A stretch of DNA of 20,020 bases from Candidatus Bathyarchaeia archaeon (GCA_050014495.1 JBEKDF010000043.1:1-20020); one strand, 5' to 3'. Shown: positions 1-8,880, counted from the stretch's first letter. Numbers and translations are program-made. The notes: a model not told the origin generated them from the letters alone.

Positions 1-119
1 TGGCCGAGGCCGTGATACATGTCTCCCTGAGCCTCATCTCGATGCTCGCGGTGGCGGTGACCGCGGTTAGGATCGGTGTGCCCCGTCTGGTGAGGTGTAT
101 CAAGCGGTTCGTTGAGTGA
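1..119 (+). CDS. C-terminal end of a DDE transposase (IS5/IS1182-like), 5'-partial
   Basis: Frame from nt 3 reads AEAVIHVSLSLISMLAVAVTAVRIGVPRLVRCIKRFVE* (TGA 117-119). This resembles the C-terminus of the internal transposase (VSVYALLSVLCCVLNREAAENLGRPEKAISPTFFNV) and is followed by a G/T-rich tail and an IS terminal repeat. Confidence 0.7.
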   Translation, partial: AEAVIHVSLSLISMLAVAVTAVRIGVPRLVRCIKRFVE

Positions 120-298
120 GTCTCCGGTTCGGGGGGGAGGAGAGGGCTTGCCTAGGGCTGCTCATCCCTCTGCTCGCGGTTTTCCTGCTTTAGCCGGTTA
201 ACGTGGTTGATTCGTTGATGGATCGGGTGGGTTATCCCGGTTTTAGGGTGCTTGAGGCGTTAAAAGCATCGTAAATTGGCTAATTTCTAAACAACCAA
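1..298 (+). mobile_element. Right part of an IS element, ending in its terminal inverted repeat
   Basis: TAATTTCTAAACAACC (281-296) is the reverse complement (15/16) of GGCTGTTTAGAAATTA at 19908-19923. The element end is followed directly by GCGCGC at 299-304. Confidence 0.75.
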
Positions 299-423
299 GC
301 GCGCGATCTGTTGACACTGGTCTACTCAACAACGCGCGCGAATCATGCTGCATGTGCGAAGTTTAGTGTTTACCCACGCGCGCTGCTTTATATCCCACCC
401 TAACTTCTAATTGCGCATGCGCA
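299..423. repeat. Cluster of (GC)n tracts separated by ~30-nt unrelated spacers
   Basis: GCGCGCG 299-305, CGCGCGCG 333-340, CGCGCGC 377-383, and the palindrome TGCGCATGCGCA 412-423. Confidence 0.8.
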
Positions 424-442
424 GAATATCGGGTGATTCATA

Positions 443-1267
443 ATATCAACAAGAACCATTATTTACATAGGTATCCTTATCGTGATAATCGCAATAGCTG
501 GAGGAGCATACTACTTTAATACCCGCGCACCAGCGCTGCTGACTTACACTCTTACCATAGAACCTCCCGCAGGAAACGGCACAACCAACCCGCATACGGG
601 CGCTGAGACGCATAACCAGAGTGATAAGGTTCAGATCTCTGAGGTCCCAAGATCGGGTTGGAGCTTTGATCACTGGATAGTAGACGGATCATGGAGCGGA
701 ACCGCCGACAACATAACTATTACCATGAACTCCGCGCATACGGTCATGGCTGTATTCATTAAGGTGAAGCCTGTTATTACAAAATACAATCTAACTATGC
801 TAGCGCCAGTTGGGTCTGGCACGACTAGCCTCGGTGTTGGATCTCACTCATATGATGGGGGAACATTAGTCAACGTTACCGCGACTCCAGCTTCTAGCTG
901 GGTATTCGATCACTGGGTGATTGATGGTGCACCAAGTGGCAGCACTAACCCGGACAGGTTGTCGATGATTGCAAACCACACTCTCCAAGCCGTGTTTGCG
1001 CAGTCTCAACCTTAGAATACAGTAAAAATCACGATCTACGGTGGTGAGTTAACTTCATCGACTGGAAATACCTACTATGGATTCTCGCTTACGAGGGGTA
1101 ACCTAACTTCGCCGGGTCCAACACTGAATGTCACCCTTGGATACACTGTCACAGTCAATTTCACTAACATTGGAACGCTGCCCCACACCTGGGTGCTTAA
1201 GGCGGGTAATGATCCCACTTCAGCGACTCTCTTCAATGCGCGCGCGCCCTGTACCAGAACGTCTTAA
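443..1267 (+). pseudogene. Membrane-anchored surface protein with 2 InlB B-repeat-like domains and a truncated cupredoxin/sulfocyanin-like domain; disrupted
   Basis: SD-like GGGTGA 431-436 precedes ATA at 443 (probable former ATG), giving an N-terminal anchor STRTIIYIGILIVIIAIAGGAYYF. Two repeats follow (YxLT...GxGTT...W.FDHW.xDG...M...HT.xAVF). After the in-frame TAG at 1013-1015 the frame continues NTVKITIYGGE...SPGPTLNVTLGYTVTVNFTNIGTLPHTW...LFNA (cupredoxin-like N-half). It is cut at (GC)5 1238-1247 before any C-terminal Cys/His/Met copper ligands. Confidence 0.75.
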
Positions 1268-1354
1268 TATCGCGGTCACATTTTTAAGAGCGAATTTAAG
1301 TAAAATGCTTACCGATCCATAATAGACGTGAACAGGTCACGGATCTGACGGCCA

Positions 1355-2596
1355 ATGTCCTTTGAGGTTTTATATAGTATAAACGGAGTCATTTCCCTGG
1401 TCTTTATATTTTATATATTACGTCAATATCTTTTTTCAATCGTAACTTTAAGAAATAACGACTTAGATAACTTCACTGATTATATACCTAATCGTACTGT
1501 CTCCATTTTAATTCCTGCAAGAAATGAGGAGAGAGTAATAGATCAAACATTAGAATTCATGAGCAAACTAGACTATCCATTAGATAAAATGGAAATCCTA
1601 GTATTAAATGACGCCTCAACCGATGGCACCTCAAAAATTGCTCATGAATGGGCAGATAGATACCCATTTATTCGTATCGTTGATAGAAAAATTGGCGGTC
1701 TGGGAAAAGGTGACGTCCTAAACCAAGGATTAAGAGAATCAAAAAACGATATAATACTAGTTTTTGATGCTGATTACACTCCTGCGCCTGATACCGTTAA
1801 GAGATTGGTACGATGGTTTGAAGATCCTAAGATAGGGCTAGTTCAGGGGAGAATATACGTAGTGAATAAAGATACTAACATACTCACGAAGATGATTAAC
1901 ACAGAGAGATGTGCGGGTTTCTTATGCGATCTTTTTGCACGAGACAAGCTTAAAATTTCAAACCAGTATGGGGGCACCGCGGGTGGCTTTAGGAGAGAGC
2001 TCATCAGCAAAGTCGGTGAATGGGATGTCAACACCTATTGCGAAGATACTGACCTTACATGCAGAGCATTAATTGCAGGCTACAAGATAAAATATGATGT
2101 ATCCGTTAATTGCGGCGAGGAAGCTCCGGATAGTCTAAAAGCATACTATAAGCAGCGTTACCGCTGGATACGCGGCCACACTATTTGTGGGCTGAAGTAT
2201 ACGCAAGGATTACTAACCTCACCCTTTTTATCGATGAGAGAAAAAATAGACTCCTTCTTTTGGATAAACATTAACCTAATTCCGATCCTGATAATAATTG
2301 GACAAATTCTTGGGGTTACCCAATACTTCCTCTCTCCTGTTGTTCAAACACCACAGCCTTACTCAATGGCGATGATTTTTATCTCAGGCGGCGCAACAGT
2401 TGCAATGGTTTTTGCTAGCCTATATCAAATAAAACAGATGCGTTATCTGAAATTTGCGATATTAATGGTTCTAAACAGCTTTATAATGTCTTTCATTATA
2501 TCTATCAAAGTATATTTAGACATTTTATTTAACAGTCCCTTTAAATGGAATAAAACTGAACGGAGTATAATTATTCGGTCAACTACCCACCCCTAA
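1355..2596 (+). CDS. Membrane-bound processive family 2 glycosyltransferase (cellulose synthase/PgaC/IcaA-like)
   Basis: 413 aa. Motifs IPARNEE, NDASTD, GKGDVLN, DAD (DxD), CEDTDL, QRYRW (QxxRW), C-terminal WNKTER, with N- and C-terminal TM helices. Visibly more AT-rich than its neighbours. Confidence 0.93.
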   Translation: MSFEVLYSINGVISLVFIFYILRQYLFSIVTLRNNDLDNFTDYIPNRTVSILIPARNEERVIDQTLEFMSKLDYPLDKMEILVLNDASTDGTSKIAHEWADRYPFIRIVDRKIGGLGKGDVLNQGLRESKNDIILVFDADYTPAPDTVKRLVRWFEDPKIGLVQGRIYVVNKDTNILTKMINTERCAGFLCDLFARDKLKISNQYGGTAGGFRRELISKVGEWDVNTYCEDTDLTCRALIAGYKIKYDVSVNCGEEAPDSLKAYYKQRYRWIRGHTICGLKYTQGLLTSPFLSMREKIDSFFWININLIPILIIIGQILGVTQYFLSPVVQTPQPYSMAMIFISGGATVAMVFASLYQIKQMRYLKFAILMVLNSFIMSFIISIKVYLDILFNSPFKWNKTERSIIIRSTTHP

Positions 2597-2733
2597 AGAG
2601 GGTGGGCTTGCGGTTCAAGCTCCAGCACCCGCTGGCAGACCGCAATAGGCTGGTCGACATCAGCCCTCCACAGAATGTTACGGGCAGCATTCAAATCAGC
2701 GTTAGACTCATACCCACAGGCCCTACAGATGAT
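2562..2733 (-). ncRNA. Candidate TnpB omegaRNA (reRNA/sotRNA) scaffold plus flanking guide
   Basis: TnpB omegaRNAs overlap the tnpB 3' end and the right end. About 155 nt of that region is retained, and the guide would read CGAAUAAUUAUACUCC (reverse complement of 2562-2577). Expression is not shown. Confidence 0.4.
2578..2733 (-). mobile_element. tnpB: 3' remnant of an IS200/IS605-family (tnpB) element including its right end
   Basis: Minus strand 2733-2593 reads IICRACGYESNADLNAARNILWRADVDQPIAVCQRVLELEPQAHPL*, i.e. the zinc-ribbon CxxC half and RuvC-III NADxNAAxNI motif of TnpB. Subterminal hairpin CCCACCC-CTAAAGA-GGGTGGG (2586-2606) and terminal ...GTAGTTGAC. Truncated at GCGCGCGC 2734-2741. 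Confidence 0.88.
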
Positions 2734-2873
2734 GCGCGCGCACTTTGGCCCCAAACCCAAACCCGGGTCCAAACCCTGGGCCCCAAAAATAATCCAATAA
2801 ACCCTTATTTTTAATACTTAACTCATCGCGCGCAGCTTCAACAAGTCTGGGACTTCTCCGACGTTGCGCGCGC
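2734..2873. repeat. Cluster of (GC)n tracts with short unrelated spacers
   Basis: GCGCGCGC 2734-2741, CGCGCGC 2827-2833, GCGCGCGC 2866-2873. Confidence 0.8.
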
Positions 2874-2977
2874 AAATCAAGTCCTATTAACTAACTCTCG
2901 ATATTTATTCAGGATTACAGCATTGATTCTATATTTTGCACCAAGCTTTCCACTGCCAATTCGAAGCAATATTCCAT

Positions 2978-3214
2978 TTAAATATAATGCCCTTGAAGTA
3001 CGTGATGGATAGATTTCCCAGACAAGAAATTCTTGATCTCATCTCGATAAAAGAAAAACATATTTTCCTGGCTCTTCTCCAGCATTTCCTTATCTACTTG
3101 TTCTTTTTCCTTCTCAGATAGATCACACCAGCCCCTCATGACAGCTTCCTCTTCCCTTACTAATTCATACCTGCAACGAACATTACCATGCGAATCAATG
3201 TGATAGAGAGCCAA
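2978..3214 (-). CDS. Small charged hypothetical protein or gene fragment; start uncertain
   Basis: 78-aa ORF with protein-like E/K-rich composition, downstream of the leftward GTTCTA-N5-TAGCATTATA motif. No family recognised. Confidence 0.35.
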   Translation of the reverse strand: MALYHIDSHGNVRCRYELVREEEAVMRGWCDLSEKEKEQVDKEMLEKSQENMFFFYRDEIKNFLSGKSIHHVLQGHYI

Positions 3215-3217
3215 GAA

Positions 3218-3242
3218 GGATATAATGCTAAAGAGTAGAACA
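3218..3242 (-). promoter_or_regulatory. GTTCTA-N5-TAGCATTA operator/TATA element, copy 1 (divergent from wHTH gene 3354)
   Basis: Minus strand TGTTCTACTCTTTAGCATTATATCC, 23/25 identical to 10543-10567. Confidence 0.65.
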
Positions 3243-3311
3243 TCTGCTCACGCTCTATTGAGGAGACAAGATTTGTTTCCTTCCCCATCTACGAACTCTA
3301 GATAAGGAACC

Positions 3312-3332
3312 TTTTCGAGAAGCCTCATAAAC
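3312..3332 (+). promoter_or_regulatory. Promoter of wHTH gene: quasi-palindrome TTTTCGAGAA followed by TATA-like TCATAAAC
   Basis: The TATA-like element is ~22-29 nt before ATG 3354. The same layout occurs upstream of the wHTH genes at 10414 and 17288. Confidence 0.55.
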
Positions 3333-3353
3333 ACTGAACATGAACCACTAGCC

Positions 3354-4103
3354 ATGAGCGAGGATGATACATACTCAACGATCTTCACAGCCCTAAAGCA
3401 TCCTATAAGAAGAAAGATACTGCGCATCCTCAACCAGCAACCGACGACATACACGGAGATCCTGAACCAGCTAAACATCGAAAACGGATTGCTCAACTAC
3501 CACCTCGACAACATGAAGGACCTCATCACCAAGGGCGAGGATGGAAAGTATAGCCTCTCGGATTTCGGTGGAGCCGCGATCAGTGTAACCGAGAAGGTTG
3601 AGGGTCCAGTAAAGAGTAGAAGTAACTTGTTAAGTGCTAATCAGATGATTAGAATAATCCTGATTCTCATAGTCGCGATCGCTTCCCTCTCAGTTTTGGG
3701 TTTCCTCCTCTACAATAAAAATACCATGCTTCTCAACCAGAACACTATGCTTCTGAATCAGATCGAAACAGCAAATGTGGTCTTAGGATCATCGTTTGGA
3801 GCGTCAATATCTAGGGTACAGGCAATCACAATCGCCCTACGGAATGGTGGCTGGAACAGCACAGGCCTGAAGGGAATGAAGGTCGATTCGAACCTTGCAT
3901 ATTGTTCTCCTGTTGATGGTAATCTTCACTTTGTTAATAGTACAGTCACTGACTTTTCGCCAAAGAGCGCTACCGGAGTGATGTATCGATACTTTTGGCT
4001 GGTTACTGTTGATCAATCTGTATGGTGCGGCTATATTCGTCCCACCGGATATTATGAGGTTGACGCCGTGACGGGTGAGATAATACCTCTCTTCAACTGG
4101 TGA
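3354..4103 (+). CDS. Membrane-anchored ArsR-like winged-HTH regulator with PepSY-like ectodomain (regulator A)
   Basis: IFTALKHPIRRKILRIL...TYTEILNQLNIENGLLNYHL...KYSLSDFG (ArsR/HTH_20-like). One TM (IILILIVAIASLSVLGFLLY), a short coiled coil, then ISRVQAITIA...YFWLVTV...YEVDAVTGEIIP. Confidence 0.88.
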   Translation: MSEDDTYSTIFTALKHPIRRKILRILNQQPTTYTEILNQLNIENGLLNYHLDNMKDLITKGEDGKYSLSDFGGAAISVTEKVEGPVKSRSNLLSANQMIRIILILIVAIASLSVLGFLLYNKNTMLLNQNTMLLNQIETANVVLGSSFGASISRVQAITIALRNGGWNSTGLKGMKVDSNLAYCSPVDGNLHFVNSTVTDFSPKSATGVMYRYFWLVTVDQSVWCGYIRPTGYYEVDAVTGEIIPLFNW

Positions 4104-4224
4104 TTTATCGAGAACCGCTAAGAGAGGCGCACGCATTCTTACCCCATGAAGCCACGAGTCTCGGGCTGGTCTGGTCGGTGCGCTATCCCATTCTAGTTGA
4201 TTACCCAGCGCACGAAGTTGTTTT

Positions 4225-4944
4225 CTAACTTTTGACTATTGTGTTTAGAAACCAGATTGAACCTGCAACTATGATTAACAGGATAATGATGACCCATTGG
4301 AGGTCTATTTGAGATGGAATTCCTGAGGACCCTGATTGCGTCTGCGCCGCTCCAGCCGCTTCCTCGGCGGCTCTCGCAGCCTCAACAGAAGTATCAGGGC
4401 TAGTGGGACCCCCACCGGTAGATATAGATGAGAGTGGATACACGGAAATCTCGCGAGTCAACTGCTTTACGCCGCCCTACCAGACCGTGATTGAGTAGTT
4501 ACCCGCTTCCCCCAAAACGAAGTTGAAGGTGAACCAGTTCGAGTCTCTGCTATATGAGACGATGCTCTCGTAGGAGGACTCCACACCTCCAATCTGGGCT
4601 GTGATTACAGCTGTGGCACTGTATACACCCGTCTGATTGGACCTAATTGGTCCCACCCTCATCGTGATGGGCTCTCCTGCGATGAATATGTCATCGCGGA
4701 AGTTTACGTAACTTAGGGATAGTTGAGGTTGAACACTTGGTTCGGTTGCATTCGAAACTGGTTTGGAGGCTGTGAGTGCTGGAAACGAACCGGTTTGGGC
4801 AGCCGTTGTTGAATTAGATGCTGGAGCTAGCTGAGCGTGAGCAGGGAGAGAAAAAGAGGTCACAGCGCATACTGTGACGATGAATATGATGATGGTGATG
4901 ATGATTAATCGCCTCAACGTATTTTCATCACTTTCTAATCTCAT
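4225..4944 (-). pseudogene. Secreted, C-terminally anchored Ig-like protein, paralogous to the C-half of 10690..11982; split by in-frame TAG
   Basis: ORFs 4477..4944 and 4225..4461 are one frame: ...GNYSITVW*GGVKQLTREI...STGGGP... aligns with ...GKYTVTIWQNGVKQLARKF...STGGGP... The TAG (4477-4479) sits at the paralog's CAG. Signal peptide, C-terminal TM and an upstream TATA (minus-strand TTATATA, 4966-4972) are present. Confidence 0.8.
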
Positions 4945-5165
4945 TATGTAACCTTTAACTCTATGTATATAATTTCTATTTATTGTAAACAGAGTAAGTT
5001 ATTATGTATACAATATTAATGGAAACATGCTTGCGTTTACTTTTCACACGCATTCTTTATGCGCGCGCATCCTCGCTCCGTTAAGCAATAAGGCTCAGGC
5101 TGGTCGTAGCGCATGCTTCCATGATCAATCGATAATCATAATTCCTCAAACATACAGACATAGTC

Positions 5166-5951
5166 ATGAATGGAGACTACGCGACCAAAGCAACGGCGAT
5201 AATCACATGCATCATCACCATCATCGGATTCATCATACTCTCCACAACCACCAACATTCAGAACCCCCAAACCCCAACAACAAGATCCGCCACGCCTTCC
5301 CTGACATTACTAGGTGCCGGGGCGCACTGGGCCGCAAACGGGGGTAATCGTACACTATATGTGAATTGGATCGACTACTCCCTAGCCCACCCGGGACACC
5401 CAACAGAGTTTAACCCGCCGCCAAACGCGACCAAGATAGTATCTTCAGTGATAAGCGCGTTGAATGATACCGGCCTGATAGTGAACCGTTCAGCAGAGAT
5501 ACCCAGCGACCTCTCCAGGTATAGCGTCGTGGTCATCGACTGCTACTGGGTGGGTAATCCCTCTGATTCACAAATATTGCGCAATTACATTTTCAATGGT
5601 GGAGGTGTGGTGTTGATTAGCGGGACACCGCCCTACTTCGTTAAAAATGATAAGACTTTGCACCCACTGCAGAACGATTTATCTGAGATAGCGGATTGGT
5701 TGGGTGCATCCTCCTACTACAATGTTGAGGGACAAGCGCAGATTACAGTCAACAATCCACTTGGCACTTCTCTTCACCTCAACCAGATGGTCTTCTCGGG
5801 GCCGTGGTCTCAGGCGGCGATATTTGATCTACGGCCAGGTGCGACGCCGGTAGCGGTCTAGGCGGAGGGAGGAATCTTTGCCTATACCTATCAATATGGC
5901 AGTGGAAGAGTGTACTACCAAGCTTCTCATGACTTCGAATCAAATTCTTAG
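5166..5951 (+). pseudogene. Membrane-anchored extracellular protein with class I glutamine amidotransferase-like (ThuA/DUF4350-type) fold; in-frame TAG near the C-terminus
   Basis: N-terminal TM and T/P linker, then DLSRYSVVVID...LRNYIFNGGGVVLISG. The frame continues past TAG 5859-5861 as ATPVAV*AEGGIFAYTYQYGSGRVYYQAS, the YGxGRV strand expected for this fold. Confidence 0.7.
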
Positions 5952-6088
5952 CTTGGGACATAATTGCATATGTCTACGCGTGCATCTGCTTTTCTCTGGT
6001 CTCTTGTCTTTTTTAGGAAAAGGTGGTTTAAGTCAAGAATGCTTCTCTATTTAATTGTTCGTGGAGTTCATCATTCTGGTACCCTTGA

Positions 6089-6421
6089 CTTCGAGGTTGG
6101 TATGGGGAATCTAGCGATGAAGCTCTACCCGATCTATTACTTGTGTTGGTGGGGAAACTATTCATCACGCTGCCTATTCAGAGGATCTTCGTCGTTGTGG
6201 ATAACTCGGTATCCGAGGAGGATGTTTACATGATCCTCGGCTCAGGTAGTTTAGGGCCGGCTATTATGTTTAAGCAGCCAGGTATGACAATTGCTTAGAT
6301 CGCCCTCACTCACATAGCCCAATCTGTGCAGCCCTACGTTGCGATCTATCTGGGTAACCTGGCGCTAGACATCGCTCTGGCAATATGCGTAATCGAAGTT
6401 TATTTGATCGAAAAAAGATGA
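6089..6421 (+). pseudogene. Possible degraded membrane-protein gene
   Basis: About 110-codon frame with one internal TAG (6296-6298) and a hydrophobic end (YVAIYLGNLALDIALAICVIEVYLIEKR*). No clear start and no family recognised. Confidence 0.25.
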
Positions 6422-6445
6422 ACTAGTTACCCATGCGCGCGCTCT

Positions 6446-8854
6446 TTATTTGATCATGCTCACGTCGAGGACGACGGATGACTTGACGCCGCCGGACGCC
6501 TTGAAGGCGAAGGTGTAGAAGCCGCTCCTGGGCACATTGAAGAGTTGCTCGTAGCTCTGAAGCCCCGACTCGCGGATGATGTAGTCGCTCGGCTTCGCGA
6601 GCTCGAAGTCGGTGACGACTGAGACATCAGGGTTGTAGGTAAATGTGTAGAGACCAAACTCTACAGGCTTAGTAGCGTTGTAGCTGATCTTTATGGTGGT
6701 GCCCATCTTCACGTAGGAGCTGTAGAACCGCTCAACGTTGCCATAGTACGACTCCCCATTCGCTGTGTAGTTGTCGAATCCGAGGTTAAACTTGACTGGG
6801 AAATACTCAATCGTGTCGTTTTCTAACCCCTGGTTATTGTATCCGCTCACGATGTCTGAGGACTGCTTCGCGTATAGTGGATAGGGTCCGACGATCTCGG
6901 CTGAGTTGACGTGGAATAGATCAACGATTACTCCGTTGAGGCTGATTTGGAATGGGAATCCGGTGACCCGGATGGTGGAGTTCCCCACGTAGGCGTTGTT
7001 CAGGTCGGTGAGCGTCACGTTGCCGAGCATCTTGTAGCCCTCAACTGGCACCGAGATGAACTCGCTTGGTGTTCCGAGGTGGAGGAGGAGCGACTTGGTG
7101 GAGTTCTCCAGCTTAAGCGTCATCACACTTTCTTTTGATATGGGTGATGTTGAGGAGCCGAGCCTCCCGGTGATTGTCGTCGTTCTGTTGATTGTTGGTG
7201 GGAATTGGAAGTCTTGCTTGACCTCATCTAGCTGTTTGTCCTCTATCATGGCTGCGGTTTGATCTGGGTAGCTTAGGCTACTACCATTCACGGTTCGGCA
7301 CCTGAAGGCGACTATCGCCGTCTCCGGCTGCGCTACATCGAAGCTGAAAGTATATTTCCCCGTAGACCGGACCGTGTATGAACTCTTGTAAGAGTACAAG
7401 TTGTTGTAGCTTAGGACTGTTCCCGAATCTGATGCGAAGCCGAAGATAACCTGTTCTGTGGAGTTGTATCCAAATTCAATGACCGTGCCCTCGCTGAGCG
7501 TCGCCTCGAAACTGATCGAGTGATCGGTCCAAGTGCTATTATACCAAGTTCTACCGACTACGAAGCTCCTCGGGGGAGACTCCAGGTAGAAGGTCTCCCA
7601 GCCCATGCCTCCGAAGGCGCCGCTGCTGCCGCCCGATTCTTTAAAGAGAACCCCAGTTGGATCCCTGCTCACCTTCCAGGTGTTGAATGTGACGTTTGCT
7701 TCGGGTGAGTTTATGGTGAATGCGAAGTCGTAGGTGCCACTCCTCAGGGCTATCAGGCCGCTTCTCATATGCGTGGTGTTATCCGAGTACCAAGTGTAGG
7801 GTGGCTGCCCCTGGGCGACGTAGTAGATGCTGAATCCAACCTGTTGGGTGGAGTTGAACTCGAATCCGATTGCATCTCCCTCGTTTAGGATTACTCTATA
7901 GTTGTGTATCCGGGTGCCATTCAGGGATTTTCCTCCCTCAACGATGAATCTCTGAGGCTGGCTAGCATTACCCAGGTCCTGTACAGTTTGGTTCGTGACT
8001 GTGGCGTTGACCGTGGGCTCGACGTAGATAAAGTTAAGCTGGTTTGTACCCAGGAAGCCGATCTCCATGTCGAAGTGGGGAATCTGAGACCCATTTTGAG
8101 GCGATAGAAAATCAGCAGGGTAAGGGACAGAAGTGTGGATCTCGAGTAGGAAGAACGCGGATCCGCCGGTCTTCAAGATCGCGGACGTAGCGTTCGCTGT
8201 CACGCTGAAACCCATCGGTACGCTAGTTACATTCAATGACACCGGAAGCGAGGCGTTGTAGTAGGGCCTAGCTATCACCCTCAACACAACTGATGTAGAT
8301 TCACCTGGTTTCACCCTTATTGGGGTGCTCGGGTCCCACGCGTTTGGGTGAAGTGACATCAGGTAATCGGGACCAACCGCCGTGACTCCGCCGCCGGTGC
8401 TTTCGAGGCTGAGCATGAGTTCCCCGGTCTGCGCGTCCACGACGTATCTCCCCGATCCTACATAATCTCCGGGAAGAGGTACGAGGTCTGTCTCGTATTC
8501 GATGAGCCAGTATGGTCTGACTTCTCCAACCGGTGTCGGTGAGACATATATTCGGTCGTGCATAGTTAACGGGTCCGAGTTCACTGTCTTTAGGTAGTTT
8601 GTCCAGTTTAGCGAAATATATTCTAGGTCGGCGCTTGCGGGTGAGGCGCTGCCACCTGGGATGCCATTGATTATTCTGGGATCGGTTTTATCGCTTTCTT
8701 TTAGTATCTCGATCGCCTGCGCCTCTGACACGTTTATCGATTGCGCTGGTTGGGTCTGTGATGCTGATTGGGTCTTTGCCACCGTGAGGAAGGCTGTGGT
8801 TGCGAGTATGATGGAGATCAGCACCGTTAGGGTGATGGTTGATGTTTTAGGCAT
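6446..8854 (-). CDS. Large secreted protein: PepSY-like domain, Ig-like domain and three GOLD-like beta-sandwich repeats
   Basis: 802 aa with signal/anchor. Residues ~40-280 are paralogous to 12022..12822 and 14856..15659 (LxYISLNW, PVGExRPYW, GSGRYVVDAQTGE, YNASLPVS, LKTGGS). Three repeats of G.xI.(F/I).(F/Y)N(S/A)T..V.F...(S/T)G.Y.F.F follow. Confidence 0.85.
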   Translation of the reverse strand: MPKTSTITLTVLISIILATTAFLTVAKTQSASQTQPAQSINVSEAQAIEILKESDKTDPRIINGIPGGSASPASADLEYISLNWTNYLKTVNSDPLTMHDRIYVSPTPVGEVRPYWLIEYETDLVPLPGDYVGSGRYVVDAQTGELMLSLESTGGGVTAVGPDYLMSLHPNAWDPSTPIRVKPGESTSVVLRVIARPYYNASLPVSLNVTSVPMGFSVTANATSAILKTGGSAFFLLEIHTSVPYPADFLSPQNGSQIPHFDMEIGFLGTNQLNFIYVEPTVNATVTNQTVQDLGNASQPQRFIVEGGKSLNGTRIHNYRVILNEGDAIGFEFNSTQQVGFSIYYVAQGQPPYTWYSDNTTHMRSGLIALRSGTYDFAFTINSPEANVTFNTWKVSRDPTGVLFKESGGSSGAFGGMGWETFYLESPPRSFVVGRTWYNSTWTDHSISFEATLSEGTVIEFGYNSTEQVIFGFASDSGTVLSYNNLYSYKSSYTVRSTGKYTFSFDVAQPETAIVAFRCRTVNGSSLSYPDQTAAMIEDKQLDEVKQDFQFPPTINRTTTITGRLGSSTSPISKESVMTLKLENSTKSLLLHLGTPSEFISVPVEGYKMLGNVTLTDLNNAYVGNSTIRVTGFPFQISLNGVIVDLFHVNSAEIVGPYPLYAKQSSDIVSGYNNQGLENDTIEYFPVKFNLGFDNYTANGESYYGNVERFYSSYVKMGTTIKISYNATKPVEFGLYTFTYNPDVSVVTDFELAKPSDYIIRESGLQSYEQLFNVPRSGFYTFAFKASGGVKSSVVLDVSMIK

Positions 8855-8880
8855 TAGTGATTACTGAGGGGCACCGGCGA

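Noticed and set aside
299..423. CRISPR array (short repeats with ~30-nt spacers)
   Set aside because: The repeats are only 6-10-bp (GC)n with irregular spacing, and no cas genes or leader are present.
5027..5347. His-rich 106-aa ORF (possible metal-binding protein)
   Set aside because: It is the off-frame reading of the ATC/ACC-rich TM codons of 5166..5951 and it spans a GC junction.
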